In this document: positions 39,388-50,412 of the stretch, piece by piece | Layout: the number at the start of each line of letters is the position of its first letter | Position numbering within the stretch: position 1 is the stretch's first letter | Source of the DNA: Takakia lepidozioides | Taxonomy: Eukaryota; Plantae; Bryophyta | Assembly: GCA_030704615.1 (NCBI GenBank) | Contig: CM060733.1 | Location: 3,100,001-3,164,000 of the forward strand | DNA: 64,000 nucleotides | Direction: 5' to 3' | Position numbers and translations under genes: made by a program | The notes under the pieces: model-generated | The model's database searches: none | The model's input: the letters and a program-made list of their open reading frames with translations, nothing else | Told to the model about the DNA's origin: nothing

Positions 39388-42300
39388 ACAACAGATGAGC
39401 GTTTTTGTGACTGCGCATATGACTATTTTTTCAGTCCTATATGCGTTCATGACTACATCACTCTGCAGTGAAAAAAGCCCTGCCATAGCGACTAATCTTT
39501 AGGACTGCGTTTTGCAAGTCATAGCTGTGACTGCGTGCGTGGCACCTGGAGTCATGCTACAGAGAGCGATGTAGTCACAACTATATGACTACATGTCTAC
39601 AAAGTATATGACTCCATTGGAGAGGCGTCAGAGATGTGACACGTGTCCACATGGACAACATATATGATCTACACGTGGGAAAGAATATCGTATCATATAA
39701 TGCCACGATGCCATGATGTAGTCATGAGTATATAACTTCATGACTAAAGAGGTTTTTTAATAATATTTTAATTTAATAAATTAAAACATACAGTTATAAT
39801 ATTTAGATTATTAATTGATTTAAATTCTCATTAGGTTTCTAGGAAAATAGAATGGAGGCCATTGTTGTTTATTTTTTATTTTTTATAAATAATAATTTTT
39901 AAAAATTGTTAACAAAGAGGGACAGTGGGGACAGTGGCCTCCAGAACTTTATAGGTAATGGACATAAAATGTCCTTGGATACAAAGAGGAAAAAATAACC
40001 TCTGGATAGAGTGCCATAGAGGCTGAAAAAGGAAGACACAGCTTCGCGTACCAAGACAAGAAAGAGTAGTAAGAAGGAAGGCAAGCAAAGAAGGGGGTCT
40101 ACATAGAGCTAAAGAATCTAGCAAGAAAAGAGACTGCAGCCAGAAACTACTGCCATAACTTGGAAACAGAAAGGCACCGAGCTGAGGAGAAGAATTGAAA
40201 ATCAGCTAACACTATCGTAAAAAAGCTGGGCCCTAGCCTTCCACTTCCTAAAAGATCTACAGATGGAGAGACATCCCTGCAGGGGTTGTGCTCTTCAGCT
40301 CAAAACCAACCAATTGATCATCTACCCATGCAGGTTTCTTGTAGCTATCCTTCCACAGGGAATCATAGGTAATGATCTGGATATTGAAATCCGGTCCTCT
40401 TGGATGAATCTGGACCCACACTCTATCCCTGCTCCTTCAGCTATCCATGCCTCTGCACAAATCATGTATATATCATTGCCTTGCTCCTAGCAGCTAACAA
40501 TGACAGCCTAGAATTGTTCCAGCAAACACCCCAACCCTACTTACCATACTCGCTGACTTGCGTCTACTTCTAACAAGCATTCACCTTTTTGCCTCGATTG
40601 TTCCACCATTGACTGGGGTCGGAAACGTATTCATTCCAGAGCTTTTCCTCGTCTCTGTTATCTATTTTTTCAATACTTTCCTGTCGACCACATTGGCAAT
40701 AACATGTCAAAATCACTCCAAAACCACCAGAGATCCACTAACGCGGAGCTAACTTGCAGAATTCAACATGAAAATATAGGGACGACTCTGATAGCAGGGG
40801 AAAACAGGGTGGAATATGTTGAAGAAGGTACCTTCATTAGTAGTATCTTGTTCTATCAATTGTGCTGTTGCTGCTGTTGTTTCTAGTAGACCATCTACCC
40901 ACTTGTAGCCGTTGTGCTATTGATGAAAGTGCCTTCGTTACCAGTGCCTGATTTATCAATTGTGTCGCTGCTGCGGCAAATTCCAGTTGACCATCTACCC
41001 ATGCAGGTTTCTTGTAGCTATCATTCGACACAGGGAATCATAGGTAATCTGGAGCTTGAAATCTGGCCCTCGTACATGAATCTGGACCCACACTCTATCC
41101 CTGCTCCTTCACCTATCCATGCCTCTGCACAAATCATGCATAAATCCTTGCCTTGCTGCTAGCAGCTGACAATGACAGCCTATATTTGTTCTAGGAAACA
41201 ACCAACTCAACTTACCACACTAGTTCATATGCTCAATTGCATCTGCTACTCTCTGTAATCCAACAGGCATTCACCTTTTTGCCTCGATTGCCCCACCATT
41301 GACTGGGGTCAGAAAAGTATTCATTCCATAGCTTATCCTCATCTCTGTTACCTGTTTCTGGATACTTCCTATTGTTACATTGGCAGTATCATGTCAAAGT
41401 CACTCCAAACTATCAAAGGAACTCAAACTTGCAGAATCCAACATGAAAATTTAGGGCCAATTCTGATAAGAGGGAAAAACAAGGGTGAAATGTGTTGAAG
41501 AAGGTGCCTTCATTAGCAGTGCCTGATTTTATCAATTGTGCCCTACTGCTGTGGCTTCCAGTCTATCATCTACCCATGCAGGTTTCTTGTAGCTACTGAT
41601 CCACAAGGAATCATAGGTAATCTGGAGCTTGAAATCCGGCTCTCTTGGATGAATCTGGACCTACACTCTATGCCTGCTCCTTCAACTATCCTTGCCTATG
41701 CACAAATCATGCATACATCATTGTCTTGCTGCTAGCAGCTGACAATGACAGCCTATAAGTATTCGAGCAAACACCCCAACCCTACTTATCACACTAGTTC
41801 CTATGCTGACTTGCATCTGCTTCCAACAAGAACTCACCTTTTTGCCTGGATTGTTCCACCATTGACTGGGGTCGGAAACATGTTCATTCCAGAGCTTCTC
41901 CTCGTCTAAATTAACTGTTTTTCGATACTTTCCTATCTCCAAAACCTCCATCCCGCGCCCTTGCTGTGCACATCCTGCAAGCATCGCGTTCCACAACACC
42001 ACATCTCGCTCAGCCATAGTGTTGAAGGCTCCCCTCCGCATCCTCAATGCTCCCACATTTGGCATACATGTCCACGAGGTATTGTTCAGAATCACATATG
42101 GTACAATTCCAGCTTTGGTGTTGCAACCATGCACCTCTTTGCCCTTTTCCAAGGCTGTCACGCTTGCACACGCACTGTAAACACACACTAAAATGATGTG
42201 GTCGAGCTTCACCCCTTTCCCCATCATTTGCTCATAGGTATCCAAAGCCTCCATCCCGCACCCGTGCTGTGCATACCCTGCAAGCATCGCACTCCACGAC

Positions 42301-44283
42301 ACCACATCTCGTTTAGCCATAGTGTTGAACACTCCCTTGACATTGGCATATATGTCCAGAACTAGGGGATGTTCAGAATGACATCTGGTTATAAAATTCC
42401 AGGGAGCCTTCATACACAGGCTGATCATGTTGACCCTCCCAAGTCCCTTGTAAACGACCAAGAGGTCCATGCCCCAATGGTGACATCATCACATTTTAAG
42501 CTGGAATTGCTCCAAGAGTCATACTGAACAGTATTCTATTTTTCCCCCGCCTCCTTGCCCCTTGCCTTCCCCATCCTGCAACTGAAAGAGGCTCTACAGA
42601 CTTCAACCAGCTAGGCATAATTTCAGCATATTCAGATACCTAAGTCCCCTATCTCAAGCATAAGAGCATCAAGCTGAAAGGCCTGCAAACTGAAAATCAG
42701 GTGCATATGCTCACATTATATTAAGTGGATTGAAGGCATTAAATGCTTTTCTACACAACACCCTTGTCAACATGTATGTTAAGTGTGGTAGCTCGTGGAT
42801 GCACTTGTAGTTTCCCACCCCGAGTTTAAATTTCAGTCTAGTGATGAGGGCAGGTAGGCCATTGATATAGTCCTAAATTGCATATACTTCTTCTAGTGTA
42901 GTCCAACATGCACTCACCTTTTTGTCTCCATTGTCCCGCCATTGACTGGGGTCGGAATCCAAAGCTTATCCTCATCTCTGTTACATGTTTTTGGATACTT
43001 TCATGCTGCCACATTAGCAGGAACTTGTCAAAGTCACTCTAAACAACCACAGATCCACCCAACGAGCTAATTTGCAAAATTCAATATGCATCTCAGGGCC
43101 GAGTCTGAGAGGGCAAAACAGGCTGAAATAGGTCGAAGAAGAAGGTATCCTCACCACATTGTCTTTTACCTTGTGTCATGACCCATGGAGGATTTGATCG
43201 ACCATCAACCCAAAAGGACCTCTTGTGTGTGCTGCTTGTATCTGTAGTCAGGTAATGTCGGATTGGTATGTGAGATCGAACCACCACGGTGCAGTTGAGC
43301 AGACAAAGATTGAAACATGGCCTACTAAGACCAAGCTGACTCTCCCAAGAACGGCGAGCTCGCAAGAATGTTGGGATCTTCTCCTCGTCTCCTCTCTTCC
43401 TCATCTTCTCCTTCCTGCATCATTTGCTCAAGAGTAGGAAGGTCTGCAAAGCCTCCATCCCACGCCCCTGCATATCCTGCGATCATCGCGTTCCATGACA
43501 CAACATCAAATAGATGGTGAAACGCAGGAGACAAAAAAGCCTAAGTCCCAGCCCGGTGTAAAGTTCGGCGGTGTAATCTTAAACTGTTAGATCTTAAACA
43601 ATCTAGACCGTTAGATCCTATAAAATCTAACGATTCAAAATAATTTCCATCACATGATCTAACCTTGTACAACCATGACCATTGCATATTTTAATCTCAT
43701 ATATCTTGCGATGCTTGTTAAGCCACGTCCATCCAGGTCCAATTTATTGAATAGATATCAAATCGACACACCGTATAGGCGGATGGATGAACCCATCCAT
43801 TGGATGAATTCATTAATGTATATGCCTTTTAAATGACACGTATAGTGATGTAGTCATATATATAGAGTTATGAAACAATTTGCAGTAAGGGACTCATAAG
43901 TTTACATGCCATGTATCAATGGATAAACTCATCCAATGGATGAATACATTCGTGTATGTGCTTTCAAAATGACACGTGTAGGGATGTAGTCGTATAAATA
44001 GAGCTGTAAAACCATCTTCAGTCATGGAGTCACAAGATTCCATGAAACGTCGTCCACGTGTAGTCAAACATATCACACTAGTCATAAAACCATCCCTGTC
44101 ATCATGGTCAACAATGTTTGACCAATGCTCCCTAACTTTCCGGAGTTATGTAGTGATATCCATTACTACAAAGTGATAAAACTATGACTGCAACGCATTT
44201 CAGCGCTCTGTAGTCGTATACCTAGTGCCATTTTTGTGACTCCGCCAAATCCGTAGTCCTAAAAATGCTCATCTCTTGTAGTG
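39388..44283. mobile_element. Non-autonomous Pack-CACTA element carrying host gene fragments
   Basis: Right TIR AAAAATGCTCATCTCTTGTAGTG (44261-44283; reverse complement CACTACAAGAGATGAGCATTTTT) matches the left ACAACAGATGAGCGTTTTT (39388), which lacks the terminal CACT. TGACTAC/GTAGTC subterminal repeats occur at both ends. Flanked by Gypsy pol on both sides. Confidence 0.85.
40310..43510 (-). pseudogene. Captured PLS-class PPR fragments fused to tandem OSB-type PDF motifs, introns retained
   Basis: RDVVSWSAMLAGYAQHG..SACASVTALEKGKEVH, then EEKLWNEHVSDPSQWWNNPGKK|intron|VQIHPREPDFKLQITYDSLWISSYKKPAWVDDRL. The unit is repeated three times (about 41910-41560, 41345-40990, 40655-40310), with partial copies at 42915-43000 and 43190-43260. 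Confidence 0.8.
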
Positions 44284-44338
44284 TGCGGCCCAAGTCATGA
44301 AGTCCTTTACTAAAGATGTCGAGATTGTCACAGAGAAA

Positions 44339-44749
44339 CTAGTGCAGGCGATTAATCTGTTGGGGAGCAAGATGATTACCCACCTTGATATCCTTTAAGA
44401 CCTGCTGGAACTGTTGCTTTGCTTCAGGAGTAAGTGTGCCTTTGTTAGTGGAACCAGAATGAGAGGCAAATGCCTGAAGTTGGTCCACAGGGGAGTCCAC
44501 CAGCCCAATATCATGAAGACTGAGACCTTTCTGAACAGAGGCCAACTTAGACAAAGGAGAAGCAATGAGCCTAGCAAGGACCTGACCCCTGCGGACACTG
44601 ATGCTGATGCGTTCAGGATTAGCAATTAGTAACCTGACCTCTCCCTTGAATCCCCTGTCTAAAACCCCAGAAGCAACCAGACAGTGCTTTTGGAGGGTAA
44701 GTTTTTTTCCAGCCCTCAACCTCAAGGAAATGACCTGCAAGGCAAGCAA
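44339..44749 (-). pseudogene. dUTPase-like domain in Gypsy pol, between protease and RT
   Basis: SGVLDRGFKGEVRLLIANP..VRRGQVLARL resembles dUTPase motifs III-IV (GxIDxDYRGEI..N..GxRIAQL). Confidence 0.6.
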
Positions 44750-44969
44750 AAGCTAAGCCTATAGGTACTATGCGCTAAGAAAAAGCAGGGATGCTGAAGT
44801 CAACTGGAGAACGTAACAACAGGGTATTCTTTGCCACAGGCAGGGGAGGGCCAGACTTCTTACCTGGTGGAGGGAATGCCACCGGTATAAATTGTCACCA
44901 AGTGGTTGGAACTGGCTGAATCTAGCCCAATTATAATGCAAACCCGCCTGCTCCTTCATCTGCTCAGCT

Positions 44970-45461
44970 TTAAGCTTGAGACGAGAATAGTTGGCCATGG
45001 AAGTCCCAGTGGCAATAGTAACTTAGACTCACCTTGTAAGGATGCCCTTCACCATTGTGAAGGCACATGAGATTGTTCATGATGTCAATGTTGGCCTCTA
45101 CACCCATCATCCAATCTAGACCCAACAAAATTTGTTCACCCATGGTGACAATGTAGGTCAGCAAGACAGTTTTCCCACTAATGCGGATAGGTAAGGTGAC
45201 CAACCCAATGGGTTTATATGCCGTGCCATCAGCTATGGTAACCACAAGGCCACGAGCAGAGCTAATCTTTAATCCAAGAATGCAAACTATACTAAGTGGA
45301 ATGGCAGACATGGTATAGCCAGTACCAATAACACATGGAAAGGAAAGGTGGCCCACATGACATTGTGTCATCAATGGGTGGATCCGGTCCCTACTGATGC
45401 GCTTATAGGCCTCACAGTGCATGAGTTTGAAATCACGAGAAAGAACAGCATTTACCAGCAT
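44970..45461 (-). pseudogene. Gypsy aspartic protease (catalytic DTG reads GTG)
   Basis: CVIGTGYTMSAI..TIADG..ILLGLDWM. Confidence 0.8.
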
Positions 45462-45899
45462 GTTGGGGTTCTTACCATGGCAGCGTAGCTACGGCGTGAG
45501 CCCAGCCCCGTGAGCCTGGGAGCTGAGCTCACGTTCAAGCTTTGAAGCGTGAGCTGAGCTCACGCTTCAGGGAAGCGTGAGCGGCATGAATCTGCTGGAG
45601 AAGCAGGTCCTATAGGCGAGGATTGCAGGAAGAGGGCCTATTACCGTGGACAAAACAAAGGAGGCCACCATGCACCATGTCTGCAATGCGTGCCAAAAAA
45701 GAGGAATATGTAAACATGTCAGATTTGAGCTCAGAATGATTGACACAGTTTATTTCAATTCACAGAGAGACGCTTACAATGAATCGCAAGTGCATTTGCC
45801 CTCACAAGTGAACGAAATGTATATGTTTGTCATAAAATGAAAAGTCTTCACACGGCAACCTGGAAACCAGCATGGGAAGCGGGCATGGCTCGTATGTGT

Positions 45900-48800
45900 T
45901 CAAAGAGAAGTTGGCGGAGCTCTACGCGAGGTGTCCCGCTGCAGAAGGGTGATGACTTCTCCGTAGCCTAGTGTGGCTTGGTGAATGAATTGGTCTCTCT
46001 TACCGTCGCAACACATAATTACAAGGTATATGTAATATTGATGCTTGCAGGGGACCCACTTCCCTCTCATGCCGAGAGCGCCCTCACGCATCGTTACAAA
46101 ATCCGGACAAGTGCACGATGGGAAATTCCCAATGGTAACTTGATATTCTTTGGCATGAAGAACTGAGCCAATTGACAGCACTGTGTAAATCCGTCCATAC
46201 CCGGGGAAGGGACTTCGGTGATACGAGCCACCGTAGCCTGCAAAATTCTAGCCGATTCCATCTTGCATTCGTGATCTGCACCCGAAGCAACACGGCGCAC
46301 TGTTTTTCCATCTCTTTTTGTTGGGTGGGAGTTGGCACCGGGTGGAGGCATTGTCGGAGCATGTGGCACATCTGTGCCGACAGTGCATAAGGGCACCACC
46401 CGGGACCGTGCAAGACAAAACCCTCCCTCCTCCAGCATGCTTATCTCGGTTGAGGACAGCGATGTCCCAATTTGCACAGGCCAAATTGCGGGGGGAGGGG
46501 GCTTCATTATCACGGAAGGACGAACTGTTCCCTTCACGCATCGTGCCATATCGTCTGGGCAGAACCAAAACTTGTGCTCTTTTGACTCCCCACTATGATA
46601 AGGTCGGAACAACCCTGTGAATGTTGGAGCTGGAGTCCCCCTGGAGCCTTTGCATATTTTTGATTTGCATTTCTTGAAAGAGGGGGTCCGAATTGCCATG
46701 CAAGCCACTCTAGATCCTGGTGGGGTGCGTTCTATATGCCAGTCACTATCAATGCAATCAGATTCCTGCACCATGGCCACCACCTCCTCCAATGGGATTT
46801 CCGCTGCTATGCTTGCATGTTCCGCACCTGCTCCACAGGAGGAGGACCCACCTGGGAAGGGGCCGGCACAGGACTTAGTCTGCACTGGAGACACCTTTGG
46901 CACAGAGAAATTGACCCTGTCTGGCCTATGGGAATCTCCATCTGACCCTGGAAGAGTGTTTAATTTCCTTTTGCATGATCCAAATCTTTCCTCGCCTTCC
47001 AAATGGGGGAGCCTGGATTGCAGAGGGGAACCTTCAGTGCACCTGTTTAGAGCTCTGGCCATCTTTGACGGGTCTCCGGACCTACTCGCAGCCCTTAGCA
47101 TCAACAAAGTCGAATCGGGGCCCTTCCCTCCACCCCGTCCCATCAGAAAATTGCGGTACCTGGTTTGTTGTGTAAGTGCCCGCACCATGTCATCAGCAGT
47201 GGCCACATACAAGTCACGACCTGCTTTGGTAGACTGTTGCATCCAGGCGTTGTGAACAGTCTCTGCCAAATTACACGATGGCATGTCGGCCAAGTCCTCC
47301 AAGGACATGTCCTGCAGGAGGCATTGCATGGAAATGTGAGGAAGGAAAAGAAATGGTAGAGGTTATTCAAGTGACAATCGAACAACCCCAAATGAACAGG
47401 CACGATGCAAAGTGCAATTTGTGTTTAAGGAAAACTTGTGAGGCTTACCGTCGTCATGAAAGCTCCCCACTGTCTGTACCTGAAGTGCCAGAAAACCAAC
47501 CAGTCCTCCAACTCCTTCAGGTGGATACCTGTAGCAGCACCAGCGGAGAACCACCAAGCCCGGATTGCCTGGTAAGTGCTCTCTGCTTCTCCCATTGAGG
47601 TGGCATTCTTGTACTTCAGACAGAGCCTTCTATGCTCCAACTGAAGGTCAGGGCGAATGCAGCGCTTTGTATGACGTGCCAGAGATTGACTCCAATGGAA
47701 GAGGCATGTGCGCTCCCTATTTTCCATGGGGACCTTAGGATCCCCAGAACCAAACACGCGCCGCACTGCATTGAAATTTGCCTGTGCACTATCAGCCATG
47801 AAGCCCGCAAAGTTTGTGTTCTGTATTCCATTGCGCTGCATGACGGTCAGGAGGGACTTCCACATGAGCATCTGGGATTCAGTGTCCTCCGACTGCATAT
47901 CACAAATTGCTATGGAGAGCACACGCTGGTACGCTGGATCATACACATGGCACGCCATGGTTGTCCAACCCTTCACCCGTTTGCAGTGATCAAACATTAA
48001 CCAACATTTAGCCAAATCTCCTCCAGGTTGCATTCGGCGGACAATGCTCACACCACTGCCTTGGCCCACAGCGGACATCTTGAACAAATACACTTTGGAC
48101 GAGCCCTGGCCAGGGAACATACTGTTTTGAATGAATTCATAGCGACTCCTCCGTTTGAGGTCCATAATGTTGTCCATGAATCCAGCAGTGCCTGTGCCCA
48201 TTCTGAGTGCATTCACCTGGTTTCGAATATTGGGAGAGCTCAACACGGAGAAATGGTCCATGACTGCCTCAAGGGAATCTGCATCCAGCATTGGCTGTGT
48301 CGAATCCCCTTCACCCAGTATGTGTTTTTCCAGGAATGCCTTGCTAGCTGCAAGCGCTATAGCAGAAGGTGTTGCAGAAGGGGCATTATGGAACTCTTGC
48401 TTCAGTAGATTTCTAGCGATGTCCACGCTATCCCTGCAACTCCCTTTGGACACAGGATGCTCGTGTGCACCCATATGAATGCAGGCACGAGTCATTGTCT
48501 TGCATCGATGTGCCACCTGATACATACGAGCGTGGCAAACAGAAACACAGGACGGGGAAAGTTTGCAGAACCTGCACACAAAAGTATTGGTATTGGGAGG
48601 TGCAAGCCCTGGGGTGAAAGGATTCAGGGGCACACCTTCCCACTCACTTTCGTTTGGCTGAGCGCTGTTTCTCAGCCGAGGGCAAGAAATATTCAGGCAC
48701 TTGCAATGCCCAACGCAAACCGACCTCCGAAATTTCAAGCCAATGTCGTTATGGATGTTCGAAGTTTTTGTCCTGCACCAAGGATGTCCGTCATGTTTCT

Positions 48801-49470
48801 TGTCCATGCCCTGCAGAAGCCCAGCCAGTCCACTGGAAGACGTGGGAGGGTTGAGCTCAAACAAGATGTCCCCATCAAACTGAGCTGGCACGTATTGAAC
48901 ACGTTGCACTGGAAGGGACTCCCAATCAACAAAACGTAGCTCGCTCTTGCACCCAGGCACACCTGCGAGGGCTTTCAATTTTGGAATGACACTTGTTATC
49001 TCGCGCAATTCGTCATCATCCAATAAGGGAGTTTGCACTGGCGGAGGAATCTCAGAAACATCCTCCGAGGACGAGTCCGAAAGAGTAACGAAGGTAGTGG
49101 ATGTGCTCACCTCTTGTTTCACAGGAACTGTGCCCTTCTGTTGCACGACCGATGCTGCAGTGCCAGGGGTAACGACTGATCCTGCTGATTGTCTTCTCTC
49201 TTTTCCAAGGACACGGTATGTTCCTGGAAGGACTCTCCACTTCCTTCCACACTCGCCAACCAAGGGTTTCTCCAAGTGCCCAGAATCCAAATTCCCATCC
49301 TCGTCATACACCTCTTTCTGAACAAGCAGAGAACCCAACTCCAGCGGGAACACTGTAACCAGCTCATCCTCATGAACAACTGCATACCCATCGTCGTCTG
49401 CAGTGGCAGTCAGTGGAAGAGTACCTGCATTGGAATGGAATCGAGCGAGTGCATCTCGCTCCCTCGACAT
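45900..49470 (-). CDS. MULE transposase with GCM-type zinc-finger DNA-binding domain, DDE core and SWIM finger; intron 47312-47448; one frameshift near 46190
   Basis: GCM-like WCRTKTSN..RRSVCVGHCKC..C..CRFC..C..HMGAHEHP. DDE core MFDHCKR, FMADSAQA, CLFHW (CxxH), and after splicing PSCNLAETVHN. SWIM SCTCPDF..PCKH. Start codon uncertain (the ORF is open to 49893). Confidence 0.88.
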
Positions 49471-50412
49471 GTTTTCCAGCACTGAACGAAACTGCCGATG
49501 CAGAACGGAATCCCCGAACTGAGAGCCCGTAATTATCGAAAGTGGAAATACCACCAGCAAACTGAGGTCAACAAGGGTAGCACCAAACCCAAGGCTGCCG
49601 GCGATGCATGCCAAGGATGTAGGGATGACGTGCACATTCACCTCCCACCAACCAGAAAAACGGTTTTGAAAGACCAGAGCCACAAGAAGCCGTACTGTTT
49701 TTGGATGGAAAACAAACCCTGAAATTGACATGAAACCATCCATTATGAAATGACGGCAACAACCCTGGAGAGCAGTAAACAGGAAGATCCGATTGTAATG
49801 AGATTGTGTTGCGCCAGAATAGCACAGAACAAACACCGACACTTCAAGAGATACCTCGCACGAATGTGTGCAACACATGGTCATATCCGACACAATCCTT
49901 TATACCGAATGACCCCATGGGGACGGTCACGGCATAAAAAAAACCACAGGGCATGCAGCACAACACACGTGGATGCATATGTGAAGCATAACAATTATTG
50001 CGAATCTGGAAGAACTGCTCGGAATTGAAAAAGCACTACATTTCTACGGCGCATTCGAATTTGAAAGAAGGCAAGGAGGCCGCCATGTATTGGCAGGCGG
50101 CGAAGCACATCTGACATATATCGCAAATGCATGCAACGGATATTCTTTTTCTTCGGCGCTTTATTAGCTGGGTAATACAAAGACGACAAAATGGATGAAT
50201 TCCGTTCGCACACAATATCAACACCCGCATCCAAATACGGTTGACAACGTCCATTTTTATTTTTGTTACATGCGATACCAGAACTTGTTGCAAACGTCAA
50301 ACTGGAGAGCTCCAGGGGCATCGTGGGGAGCCCTTGTTTCCAGCGGAGGAGAAAGAGAAGGAAGTCATTATACTTCACGAGTTCTAGAAACAGGAATAGA
50401 GCTAGATATAGA

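Noticed and set aside
46617-49485. Plus-strand ORFs overlapping the transposase (and minus-strand ORFs over the MTase gene)
   Set aside because: Antisense shadows of a GC-rich coding strand, with no motifs.
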